64,000 nt of DNA from Pseudomonadota bacterium (GCA_027320085.1 DAHVLZ010000037.1:1-64000); one strand, 5' to 3'. Counted from the first letter of the stretch, positions 36,439-45,572 are shown. Notes: generated from the letters alone by a model not told the origin. Program-made: numbers and translations.

Positions 36439-37242
36439 ATGGTCAACTGGGCATGGTTTGGATTGAGTCGGGGGGGGCTGACCACCGGCTGGCCGGAAGG
36501 GGCAGGAGGGCATGGCCAGGAGGGTGTCTTGGGTATGCCCCGGCTCCATCTTGAGCGCTGTGCACCCACATGTCGGGACTGTATTTCGGTCTGCCCGTCC
36601 GGTGCGATCACCGGAAGCTTGGAAGAACCGGTGACGCTCGACTATGGACGCTGCGTGGTCTGCCAGCGCTGTACCGAGGTATGCCCGACCGGAGCCCTCG
36701 AAAAAACCACTGATTGGGCCTTTGGCGTTCGTACGCGGGAGGCACTCCTCGCAGGAGGGGGGCGAACGGGTTCTGGAAATGCTGAGACCCTCCCCTCCAA
36801 CCGTGTGCCTCGCGGATTCGGGAGGAGTCTTCACATCCGTCATGTCGATGCCGGATCTTGTAATGGCTGTGAATCTGAGCTCGAGGCACTCCTCAATCCC
36901 TTCTACAACCTCCACCGCTTGGGCATATTCTTTACCGCTTCTCCCCGCTCTGCTGATCTATTGCTTGTGACGGGCCCAGTCACGATGGCCATGAAGGAGC
37001 CACTCCTTGAAACCTATCGGGCAATGCCCGAACCCCGGTTTGTCATGGCGACGGGGACCTGCGCAACTGGTGGCGGGATTGCCGGTGGTGGGTATAGCTG
37101 CCACCAGGGACTCGAGGGAATTCTTCCAGTCGACCTCTGGCTACCGGGTTGCCCCCCAAACCCCGCAGCCATCATGGACGCTCTCTTGGTGCTCTTGGGA
37201 AGGCGATCCGAACGATGTGCTCTGCCGGAGCGTGCCGGATGA
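36439..37242 (+). CDS. Ehr small subunit (HyfI/NuoB family) fused to an N-terminal 2x[4Fe-4S] ferredoxin
   Basis: CAPTCRDCISVCP and CVVCQRCTEVCP, then DAGSCNGCESE, SPRSADLLLVTGPVT, GTCA, PGCPP. Confidence 0.92.
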   Translation: MVNWAWFGLSRGGLTTGWPEGAGGHGQEGVLGMPRLHLERCAPTCRDCISVCPSGAITGSLEEPVTLDYGRCVVCQRCTEVCPTGALEKTTDWAFGVRTREALLAGGGRTGSGNAETLPSNRVPRGFGRSLHIRHVDAGSCNGCESELEALLNPFYNLHRLGIFFTASPRSADLLLVTGPVTMAMKEPLLETYRAMPEPRFVMATGTCATGGGIAGGGYSCHQGLEGILPVDLWLPGCPPNPAAIMDALLVLLGRRSERCALPERAG

Positions 37243-39224
37243 ATCCACTCGGGGGTTTCCTCGCCGCTGCTCTTCTTTGGACCAGTGCTGTGTTGGCGGA
37301 TGTCGTGGGGCAGCCACGCTGGGCCCGCATGCTCATCTTGCTGGGGATTCTGATGGCTACGGCAGCAACCATCGCAGCCTTGCCTGGCAACTCGGGAACA
37401 GCGGTCATCGAGACCATGGGCAGACTGCCTCTTGACTGGCGAATGGAGGCAATGGCGCTCTGGCTTACTCTACCGGCCTGGTTGCCCGCCGGGTTCGCTG
37501 TCCTGCTCGGTCATCGCGAGGGCCGGAGGGGCTGGTTTTCCGGCTTCGCTTTGTGTCTGCTCGGAGCGCTTGGGGTTCTCGGCTTCCAGGATGGGCCGGC
37601 GTTCCTGGTGGCTTGGGAAGTGACGGGTTTTGGGGCAGCGATGATGTTGCTTTCAGAACGCAGTGATACCGCAGCCGGTCGGGCAACCTTCTTCATGTTG
37701 GCTCTCCTCGAAAGCGGAGCTATGGCCCTACTCCTCGCCATCCTCATGCTGGGCCCGGGATGGCGGTTTTCCGGCTATGGTACGGCTTGGGCCAGCTGGG
37801 GAGGCGCTGCCGGTTTTCTTCTGGCACTCCTTTGGCTTGTGGGTTGCGGCGCAAAACTGGGACTCCTGCCCTACTACGAATGGTATCCGGAGGCTTATGG
37901 TGCGGGCTCGGGTGCAAGTGGAGCATTATTCTCGGGTCTCCTCCTCAACGTTGCCTACTTTGTCCTGAGCCGGGCTTTGGTCGAGTGGCTCGGAATGACC
38001 CCTTGGCTCAGCAACCTTGGGATCGTGGTTCTAGTCGTAGGCATCCTGACGGCGGTCCTGACGGGTCTTTATGCTTTCCAGCAGGACGACTGGTTGCGTC
38101 TGCTAGCTTTCTCTTCGGCTGAAAACGCCGGCATCGCGGTCGCGGCTCTCGGGGCAGCCCTCATCTTCCGTGGCGCAGGTCATGATCATTTGGCCGCACT
38201 CGCCTGGATCGTGGGACTGATTCAGCTCATGGGGCATGCTCTCGCCAAGGGGACCCTCTTCTTCACAGCCCAGGCAGTGGCGAAGGACGGCACCGGATCG
38301 GCGCCCCTCCGACCGGGAGGGCTGCTCCACCGGGCCCCCGGAACGGTCGGTGCGGGCGCGCTTTGGGCCGCGCTCAGTCTCGCCGCGTTGCCACCAACGG
38401 TCGGGTTCGTGAGCGAGTGGTATCTCTTTCAGTGCTTGTTTCACGATTTCGTCTTGTCCACAGCTATCACCCGGATCACCCTTGCCCTGGCCGGTGCAGG
38501 ACTCGCGCTCACAGCCGCGATTTCGTTCGCCACCCTGGTTAAACTATTCGGTGTGGGATTGCTTGGCAAACCCAGTGCCGGTATCCGGGAGGAGATTCCA
38601 ACTGTATTTCGGGTTGCGATCTTGGTCTGCGGACTTTCGGTTCCCACTTTTGCTGTGAGCCTGGTCGTGTGGTTGCCTTGGCTCGGTCAGATTGCCCATC
38701 CGATCTTCGGATTTGCTCCTCACCTCGTGCAGGGTTGGCTGCTGGTCCCTCTGAGCCCGGGATTTGCCTTCATCTCCCCAGCCCTTTTGGTTATTGTCTG
38801 GCCGTTCCTCGCCCTGCTTCCCCTCTCTCTGTTTCTGATGAGCACCCATCGTTTCAAGGTCCGCAGTACCCACCTCTGGTGCGGTGGGGATCCGCTCGCG
38901 GCCCAGGCTGGCGCCACGACGGCTTTCGCCTTTTCGAACGCGCTGCGTGTCTTTTACAGCTTCGTTTACCGACCTCGAAACGTGGTCAGGCGGACCTTTG
39001 GCCAACAGCCCTATTTCGTGAAGGAAATCCGTTTTGACTACAGCCATGCCCCAGTCTTCGGGCCATTCTTGTTCAAGCCGCTCTCCAAGGCCGTTCGTTC
39101 TCTGGCCCACCAGCTGCGCTTCCTGCAGAACGGGAGGATCAGTGCCTACCTGGCTTATCTTGGCTTTGTCCTCCTCCTCATTTTTGCTTTTCTGCTGGTT
39201 TGGGGCCCGATTGGAATCCGCTAG
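37239..39224 (+). CDS. Ehr/hydrogenase-4 antiporter-like subunit, HyfB-like
   Basis: FLVAWEV, KLGLLP...W.PEAY, LLAFSSAENAG, HALAKG.LF, LPP..GFVSEW, VKLFG..LLG, WCGG, LQNG....YL.Y; ATGA overlap with the upstream gene. Confidence 0.9.
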   Translation: MNPLGGFLAAALLWTSAVLADVVGQPRWARMLILLGILMATAATIAALPGNSGTAVIETMGRLPLDWRMEAMALWLTLPAWLPAGFAVLLGHREGRRGWFSGFALCLLGALGVLGFQDGPAFLVAWEVTGFGAAMMLLSERSDTAAGRATFFMLALLESGAMALLLAILMLGPGWRFSGYGTAWASWGGAAGFLLALLWLVGCGAKLGLLPYYEWYPEAYGAGSGASGALFSGLLLNVAYFVLSRALVEWLGMTPWLSNLGIVVLVVGILTAVLTGLYAFQQDDWLRLLAFSSAENAGIAVAALGAALIFRGAGHDHLAALAWIVGLIQLMGHALAKGTLFFTAQAVAKDGTGSAPLRPGGLLHRAPGTVGAGALWAALSLAALPPTVGFVSEWYLFQCLFHDFVLSTAITRITLALAGAGLALTAAISFATLVKLFGVGLLGKPSAGIREEIPTVFRVAILVCGLSVPTFAVSLVVWLPWLGQIAHPIFGFAPHLVQGWLLVPLSPGFAFISPALLVIVWPFLALLPLSLFLMSTHRFKVRSTHLWCGGDPLAAQAGATTAFAFSNALRVFYSFVYRPRNVVRRTFGQQPYFVKEIRFDYSHAPVFGPFLFKPLSKAVRSLAHQLRFLQNGRISAYLAYLGFVLLLIFAFLLVWGPIGIR

Positions 39225-39529
39225 CGAGTTCCTTCAAACCCATGATTCACCACATGCATTGAAATCGGTCGACTCCCCGACTCGTGGCGTCCGGTGTATG
39301 GCTTATCGTTTAAGGGCCAAGCAATGATCTGAACCGGCAACCCGTGACCGAGTGCTGCTTTTCGCAAATATTTCATATAGATCTCAAACGCCCCATGGTC
39401 AATTCAAGAGAAAAAAACTCAGCCATCACTTGCAGGCCTCCGGAGATTTCTGACTCAAGGAGTTTGCGCGATCTGTCGCCGTTTCTGCTCGTGATATGTT
39501 GGAGGCTATGGAGTGGGGCTGCGGAATGC

Positions 39530-39603
39530 TGGGCCCAGCAGGACTCGAACCTGCGACCAATCGATTATGAGTCGACTGCTCTAACCAGCTGAGCTATAGG
39601 CCC
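39530..39603 (-). tRNA. tRNA-Ile2 (anticodon CAT, lysidine type)
   Basis: GGGCCTATAGCTCAGCTGGTTAGAGCAGTCGACTCATAATCGATTGGTCGCAGGTTCGAGTCCTGCTGGGCCCA; body resembles Ile2 rather than Met tRNAs; CCA not encoded. Confidence 0.9.
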
Positions 39604-39628
39604 ATCGACGCAGTTGCCTCCCGCTATT

Positions 39629-40645
39629 CTAAGTGGTAGACGGGGTTGGTGGTTGGGTAGCCAGCTCCCGTTCGATCAGGACAGCCAAGGCTTCTATCTG
39701 CCCGGGGCCCGCATTGAGTGCCGGCAGGTAACGGAAAATACCTCCTCCGGCTTCATGGAATGCTTGTGCATTTTCAACGGCGATCTCCTCGAGCGTTTCG
39801 AGGCAATCGCAGGCGAAGCCCGGGCAGACGATATCCAGATTCCGGATCCCGGTCCTGGCCAGTTCGCGCACGCGATCCAGGGTATATGGGGAAAGCCACC
39901 GGGCCGGTCCGAAACGCGACTGGAAGGAAACCCCCCACCGGGTGGAGTCGAGGGCGAGACGTGTCCTTACTGCCTCTGCGGTGGCGAGGCACTGGTGGTA
40001 GTAGGGATCCCCCCGGGCCACGCTTTCCTGGGGGAGGCCGTGGAACGAGAACAGCAGGAAATCCGGTGCCCCGCCTTTCTGCCAGGTCTCCCGGATCGAG
40101 TGGGCTACGGCATCGAGATATCCGGCCTCCGCATGGTATTCCGTGAGAAAGCGGATTTCCGGGATCTTGGGAAACCGGGCGAGGGTATGCACGAGACCGT
40201 CGAAGGCACTCGCGGTGGTGGCGCCCGAGTACTGCGGATAGAGGGGGAGCACGACGAGACACCGGAGATCTCCCAATGTCCCGAGTCCTTCGCGGATTGA
40301 TGGCGACCCGTACCGCATGCCGAGTGCAACAGGTACCGGCTTGCCTCCACTGTTCGCCCCCAGACGATGAGAGAGTTTCTCGCGGAGATCTTCCGAATGC
40401 ATGAGAAGCGGAGATCCCCGGTGGGTCCAGATGCCCCGGTAGCGGCGGGCCGAACGGGGGGACCGCAGGGGCAGGATCACGGCTTCGAGGAGAATTCTCC
40501 AAGGGATCGGGGGCAAGCGGATGACCCGCGGATCGGTCAGGAACTCTCGAAGATACCGTCGGACTGCGGGTACCGTTGGAGCGTCCGGAGTTCCCAGGTT
40601 GAGGAGGAGGACTCCGGTCCCTTCGGTTGCCGGGGATGTTTCCAC
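39629..40645 (-). CDS. hemH: Ferrochelatase
   Basis: GVLLLNLGTPDAP, FLTDPRVI, GMRYGSP, PLYPQYS..T, FSFHGLP, FQSRFG, GFACDCLETLEEI. Confidence 0.96.
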   Translation of the reverse strand: METSPATEGTGVLLLNLGTPDAPTVPAVRRYLREFLTDPRVIRLPPIPWRILLEAVILPLRSPRSARRYRGIWTHRGSPLLMHSEDLREKLSHRLGANSGGKPVPVALGMRYGSPSIREGLGTLGDLRCLVVLPLYPQYSGATTASAFDGLVHTLARFPKIPEIRFLTEYHAEAGYLDAVAHSIRETWQKGGAPDFLLFSFHGLPQESVARGDPYYHQCLATAEAVRTRLALDSTRWGVSFQSRFGPARWLSPYTLDRVRELARTGIRNLDIVCPGFACDCLETLEEIAVENAQAFHEAGGGIFRYLPALNAGPGQIEALAVLIERELATQPPTPSTT

Positions 40646-41931
40646 TAGCGCTCGAGGATGAGCGTGACTCCCATGCCGCCGCCGGTACAGATGGAGACGA
40701 GTCCTCGTCCCCGGCCCCGATCGACCAGGAGTTTGGCCAAGGTCCCGACGATCCGGGCACCGGTTGCGCCGAAGGGATGTCCCAAGGCGACACTGCCGCC
40801 CTTGACGTTCAGCTTGGCGGGATCAACCGATCCCAGTGCACTAGGCAAGCCCAAATTGTCCCGGCAGAAGGAATCCGACTCCCACGCCCGCAAGGCACAA
40901 AGGGTCTGTGCGGCGAACGCTTCATGAATCTCATAGAAGTCGAAGTCGCCCAGCCCGAGTCCCTGCCGTGCAAGGAGCCGGGGAACCGCATAAACCGGTG
41001 CCATGAGCAGCCCTTCACCTTTTCGGAAGAAGTCGATCGCCGAGACCTCGGCATCGACCACATGGGCCCACGGCGAAAGACCACGGGTACGCCCCCAATC
41101 GTCTGAACCCAGGAGAACAGCTGCGGCGCCATCAGTGAGCGGGGTACTGTTTCCTGCGGTGAGCGTCCCGGTTCCGGTTCGATCATAAGCGGGCTTCAAG
41201 GCCGAAAGTTTCTCGAGAGAGGTGTCGGGACGCACATTGTTGTCGCGATCCGCGCCATGAAAGGGAACCACTAGGTCCTGATAGAACCCCTCTTTCCACG
41301 CAGACGTTGCCTTCGCGTGGCTCGAGAGCGCCAAGGTGTCTTGGTCGAGCCGACTGATCTTCCAGTGTTTGGCCATCAGTTCACACGACTCACCCATGTT
41401 GAGTCCGGTCTGGCGCTCCGTAATGCGGGGGGGGACTGGTTTGAGCTCGTGCAAACGAAAACCCTTCCACGCGGAGAGTCGCTGGCCCAGTGTACGAGCA
41501 CGGCTCATCGTCATGAAGCGTCGGCTGATCGCATGGGACCAGAGAAGCGGGGTTGCGCTGATGCTGTCCACCCCGGCGGCAATCCCGCTCTCGATCTGAC
41601 CCAGAGCGATCTTGTTCGCGATCGCAATGGTGGCTTCGGCACTTGTTCCGCACGCCCGCGCGAGGTCGAAGGCCGGGGTTTCGGGGGCAAGGCCACTGGA
41701 CAGAATCGCTTCACGCATAAGGTTCCATTCGCGTGGATCGGTGAGAGTAGCTCCCGCCGTGCAATCCCCCAGACGAACCCCGTTCAGCTGGTAACGGTCA
41801 ACCAAGAATTTCACGGTCGCTGACAGGAGATCCAGGTTACCGAGATCGGCATAGGCGGTATAAGCCCGCGTGAAGGGAATCCGAACGGCACCGAAGATGG
41901 CAGCACGTCGAGTGGGTGTTTTGTCGTTCAT
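40645..41931 (-). CDS. Acetyl-CoA C-acyltransferase (FadI-like thiolase)
   Basis: RIPF.R, RACGTS (catalytic Cys), TAGNSTPLTDGA, EIHEAFAAQ, GGSVALGHPFGATG, SICTGGGMG; GGAGGA RBS before ATG 41931. Confidence 0.93.
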   Translation of the reverse strand: MNDKTPTRRAAIFGAVRIPFTRAYTAYADLGNLDLLSATVKFLVDRYQLNGVRLGDCTAGATLTDPREWNLMREAILSSGLAPETPAFDLARACGTSAEATIAIANKIALGQIESGIAAGVDSISATPLLWSHAISRRFMTMSRARTLGQRLSAWKGFRLHELKPVPPRITERQTGLNMGESCELMAKHWKISRLDQDTLALSSHAKATSAWKEGFYQDLVVPFHGADRDNNVRPDTSLEKLSALKPAYDRTGTGTLTAGNSTPLTDGAAAVLLGSDDWGRTRGLSPWAHVVDAEVSAIDFFRKGEGLLMAPVYAVPRLLARQGLGLGDFDFYEIHEAFAAQTLCALRAWESDSFCRDNLGLPSALGSVDPAKLNVKGGSVALGHPFGATGARIVGTLAKLLVDRGRGRGLVSICTGGGMGVTLILER

Positions 41932-42101
41932 TGCTTGATCCTCCACGTCTGGTCTATCGGGTCGGCCCGGGTTTGGCTCGTCTGTCCGAATCACCCGTAT
42001 TATAATGCGTTGATTGATGTCCCCCACTCCACGCCTGTCGGCCGACCGGCCAGAGACGGGGCGTTTCCGTCCCATTAACCCTTGGTTTGAAGGAGGTTCC
42101 C

Positions 42102-42485
42102 ATGGATTACCAGACAGCCCAGAAACAGATCCAGGACAGCCAGAAGCTGGCCCAAGACACGCTCGGAAAAATCCAGGCGTTTTCCCAGAAACTCTCAACT
42201 GCCGCGCCCGATGCCAACACCGCTCGCGACTGGGGGATGGATTTGCGAGATTTGACCCTGTCGATCCAGCAGCTTAACCAGCAGAGCTTGGCACTGCTTG
42301 GTCAGATGGGCCAGTATATCCAGACGCTGGAAGGTGAACTCCAAACCCATCCCACAACCCAGCTCCAGCAGCGCGGCTGGGGCAGCGGGGGTGGTTTCCT
42401 GTCCAGCATGACCTCCGGGCTCGGCATGGGTGTCGGTTTTGCTGCCGCTGAAGACTTGGTTGGAAGCCTGCTCGGCGGGCTCTAG
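42102..42485 (+). CDS. Small Gln-rich helical protein with C-terminal glycine-rich hydrophobic tail
   Basis: Strong AAGGAGG RBS; upstream TATAAT; heptad-like N-terminal ~85 aa, then GGGFLSSMTSGLGMGVGFAAAEDLVGSLLGGL. Confidence 0.75.
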   Translation: MDYQTAQKQIQDSQKLAQDTLGKIQAFSQKLSTAAPDANTARDWGMDLRDLTLSIQQLNQQSLALLGQMGQYIQTLEGELQTHPTTQLQQRGWGSGGGFLSSMTSGLGMGVGFAAAEDLVGSLLGGL

Positions 42486-42487
42486 CG

Positions 42488-44188
42488 CTACGCGCCTTTC
42501 GCTGCGACCTCGGCCTGGAACTGTTCACGCAGGGAGCGCCTCAGGATCTTGCCGATATTGGACTTGGGGAGTTCCTTCGCGAAACGGATGTGGTCAAGGT
42601 CGCGTGGCCGCTTGTATCCCGTGAAGTGGTTGTGGCAGAACTGCATCACGGTTTCACGAGTCAGTTGCGGGCTATCTGGCACGATATAGAGAACGACCGT
42701 TTCACCTGACTGTTCGTCAGGCACCCCGACTGCGGCTACTTCGCGCACACCCTCGAGGTGGGCAAGTTCGTCCTCGAGTTCGTTCGGATAGACGTTGAAG
42801 CCGGAGACCAGGATGAGGTCCTTCTTGCGGTCGACGATGAAGACCAGCCCCTCCGGGGTTACTCGGGCAATGTCCCCCGTTTTGAGCCAGCCATCAGATG
42901 TGAACACGGCGGTGGTCTCTGTGGGCCGGTTCCAATACTCGCGCATGACTTGGGGTCCCTTGACACAGAGTTCCCCGGCCTGCCCAACGGCCATTTCGCC
43001 ACCCGCATCGTCCCGGATTGAGATTTCGGTTGATGGCACGGGGTAGCCTACTGCCCCGGTATATTCCTCGATGTCGAGCCGGTTGACGCAGACCACAGGC
43101 GAGGCCTCGGTCAAGCCATAACCCTCAATGATCGGATGTCCCGTCTGCCGTTTCCAACGCTGGGCTACCGCGCGCTGGATGGCTGCGCCACCACCTAGGG
43201 TAAAGCGGAGCTTCGAGAAATCAAGCGATTCGAAGGTCGGTGTGCGGAGTAGACCATTGAAAAGGGTATTGACACCGGTCAGGACCGTAAACCGGTATCG
43301 GCCGAGGGTCTTTACGAAACCGGGCAAATCACGTGGATTCGTGATGAGAACGTTGTGTCCCCCGAGGTAGGTGAAAAGGAGGAAGTTGGCCGTGAGCGCA
43401 AAGATGTGGTAGAGAGGGAGTGCGGTGACCACGACCTCGGTGCCGCGCTGGAGGTCGGCTCCCAGCATGGCGCTGCACTGCAGGACGTTCGCGATCAGGT
43501 TCTGGTGGGTGAGAACGGCGGCCTTGGGGAGACCGGTTGTGCCTCCCGTGTATTGAAGGAAGACCGGATCGGTCTCTTCGACGGTTTCATCTCCGGCACT
43601 GATCCGGCTGCCCTCCCGCAGGCTCCGGCTGAGTGCTAAGGCATTCCGAAGGTGGTAGCGGGGAACGAGATGCTTGAGATATTTCACAACCAGATTGGTG
43701 AGCACGCGCCGATGAACGGGCAGGAAGTCGCCTAGCCGGGTGACGAGCACGGTATGCACCCGGGTTCCAGGAAGGGCCTCCTCTAACGTATGGGCAAAGT
43801 TTTCCAGCACGATGGCCACTCGCGCACCGGAATCCTTGAGCTGTTCGGAGAGTTCTCGGCTGGTGTAGAGGGGGTTGCAATTGACGGCAACGAGGCCTGT
43901 CCGGAACAGGGCATAAAGCGCAATAGGATAGGCGAGGACATTCGGTAATATGATGGCGACCCGGTCTCCCTTCTTGAGGTGCAGCCGGGACTTAAGGAAG
44001 GCACCGAGATTGCGGCTGGCTTCGTCGACCGCCTCGAAGCTCAGAGTCTGCCCCAGATTGGAGAATGCCGGGAGAGTCGGATAGCGCACGAAAGCCTCTT
44101 CCGCAAGTGACTTGAGGGTCATGTGGGAAGCCAAGTCAATCGTGGCCGGGATGTTGGGGGGGTAGTGGGGAACCCAGATTTTTTCCAT
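42488..44188 (-). CDS. fadD: Long-chain fatty acid--CoA ligase
   Basis: LQYTGGTTGLPK, ALPLYHIFALT, EGYGLTEASP, GWLKTGD, DRKKDLILVSGFNVYPNE, LPKSNIGKILRR. Confidence 0.95.
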   Translation of the reverse strand: MEKIWVPHYPPNIPATIDLASHMTLKSLAEEAFVRYPTLPAFSNLGQTLSFEAVDEASRNLGAFLKSRLHLKKGDRVAIILPNVLAYPIALYALFRTGLVAVNCNPLYTSRELSEQLKDSGARVAIVLENFAHTLEEALPGTRVHTVLVTRLGDFLPVHRRVLTNLVVKYLKHLVPRYHLRNALALSRSLREGSRISAGDETVEETDPVFLQYTGGTTGLPKAAVLTHQNLIANVLQCSAMLGADLQRGTEVVVTALPLYHIFALTANFLLFTYLGGHNVLITNPRDLPGFVKTLGRYRFTVLTGVNTLFNGLLRTPTFESLDFSKLRFTLGGGAAIQRAVAQRWKRQTGHPIIEGYGLTEASPVVCVNRLDIEEYTGAVGYPVPSTEISIRDDAGGEMAVGQAGELCVKGPQVMREYWNRPTETTAVFTSDGWLKTGDIARVTPEGLVFIVDRKKDLILVSGFNVYPNELEDELAHLEGVREVAAVGVPDEQSGETVVLYIVPDSPQLTRETVMQFCHNHFTGYKRPRDLDHIRFAKELPKSNIGKILRRSLREQFQAEVAAKGA

Positions 44189-44227
44189 GTCGTTTCCGGT
44201 TGTTTTGGAGAGTATGCCCCTTGAAGC

Positions 44228-44890
44228 TTATCCGCGATGGCAGGCGCCGGGCAATAGCTGACGCAGGGCGGGCCAGACATTGGCCAGAATAAGTGGTGAG
44301 GCCCGTCCACGGGGATGGAGGCCGTCCGGCTGCATCAGGGCGCGGTGGGTGGCCACATGGGCAAGGAGAAAGGGCACGAAGGCCAGATGGTCTTGCCGGG
44401 CCAGTGCCGGGTAAAGCGAATCAAAACGGTGGGTATAGTAGGGTCCGTAGTTGGGAGGTAGTAGGATGCCAACTAGAAGCACACGAACCCCTCGCTCGAG
44501 GGCCGCATGGATCATAGCTTCCAGATTTGCCCGCAGGACGGTGAGGGAAGAACCGCGCAGACCGTCATTGGCCCCGAGTTCGAGAATCAAGATCCGCGGC
44601 TTCAAGCGCCTAAGGAGTCCCGGCAGACGGGCGCGGCCCCCGCTGGAGGTCTCACCGCTGATACTCGCGTTCCGCATCGGACAGACCCATCCCTCGCGGG
44701 TGAGCGTCCGCCGCAGGAGATCGACCCAGGAGTGCCCGAGGGCCACGCCGTAGCCGGCACTCAGGCTATCGCCTAAAATCAGGATACGGGGATGGTGGAC
44801 GCGCTGGGCGGTGTTGTTGCCGGCCGCGAGTGTGCCCATGATTCCGGCCACGACCAGCATGACTTTGAGATGCTTACTTATGACGCGCAT
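44228..44890 (-). CDS. tesA: Periplasmic GDSL arylesterase/thioesterase I
   Basis: GDSLSAGYG, NASISGETS.GG, ELGANDGLRG, PPNYG, DGLHP; signal-like N-terminus; divergent from ybbA. Confidence 0.92.
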   Translation of the reverse strand: MRVISKHLKVMLVVAGIMGTLAAGNNTAQRVHHPRILILGDSLSAGYGVALGHSWVDLLRRTLTREGWVCPMRNASISGETSSGGRARLPGLLRRLKPRILILELGANDGLRGSSLTVLRANLEAMIHAALERGVRVLLVGILLPPNYGPYYTHRFDSLYPALARQDHLAFVPFLLAHVATHRALMQPDGLHPRGRASPLILANVWPALRQLLPGACHRG

Positions 44891-45572
44891 GCCAGCCTGT
44901 CCCATTGCCATCGAAGTGCAGAAAGTGAGATATGGATACCCGACTTCCGGGGGTCCCATCGAGATTTTACGGGAGATTGATCTTTCGATCGAGAGAGGTT
45001 CCTCGTGGGGGTTGCTCGGTGTCTCAGGGTCGGGGAAAACCACGCTTCTGGCCCTTCTGGCAGGTCTGGAGTTGCCACAGGCGGGCTCCATCCGTTTGCT
45101 GGGGCATGATCTCGCCACCCTAACGGATGACGGTCGGGCTGATCTGCGGCTCCAGTCGGTTGGCTTCGTGTTCCAGACCTTCCATCTTCTGGCGAGCCTC
45201 ACGGCACTTGAAAACGTCGTTTTTCCGCTTCGGCTGCGCCGGCTGCCGGATGCATTGGAGCGAGCTCGGTCGGCGCTCACAGCGGTCGGTCTCCAGCACC
45301 GACTCCATCATCGACCCTCAGCACTCTCCGGTGGGGAGCAGCAGCGCGTGGCTCTGGCACGTGCGTTCGCGGGCAGCCCCCGGGTTCTTTTCGCTGACGA
45401 GCCTACGGGCAACCTGGATGCTGGAAACGCCGAACGGATTGCGGATCTCCTGTTTGCCCTGAACACCGAACAAGGGTCGACGCTTGTGTTGGCGACTCAT
45501 GACCGCCGGCTGGTGGAGCGCTGCAAGAGCTGTGCTGTGCTCGAAGCGGGTGGTCTCCGGGTCGCTACCTGA
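44889..45572 (+). CDS. ybbA: ABC transporter ATP-binding protein (YbbA-like)
   Basis: GVSGSGKTT, VGFVFQ.F.L, LSGGEQQRVALARA, ADEPTGNLD, THD. Confidence 0.9.
   Translation: MPACPIAIEVQKVRYGYPTSGGPIEILREIDLSIERGSSWGLLGVSGSGKTTLLALLAGLELPQAGSIRLLGHDLATLTDDGRADLRLQSVGFVFQTFHLLASLTALENVVFPLRLRRLPDALERARSALTAVGLQHRLHHRPSALSGGEQQRVALARAFAGSPRVLFADEPTGNLDAGNAERIADLLFALNTEQGSTLVLATHDRRLVERCKSCAVLEAGGLRVAT

Noticed and set aside
31805-39224. Formate hydrogenlyase / true [NiFe] hydrogenase-4
   Set aside because: Large subunit lacks both CxxC Ni-binding motifs; no maturation protease, hyp or fdh genes nearby.
39530-39603. tRNA-Met call for the CAT anticodon
   Set aside because: No initiator features (C1:A72 mismatch, three G-C anticodon pairs); body matches the Ile2 type.
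44880-44895. Head-to-head overlap of tesA and ybbA start codons
   Set aside because: The divergent, overlapping tesA/ybbA arrangement is already known from E. coli.
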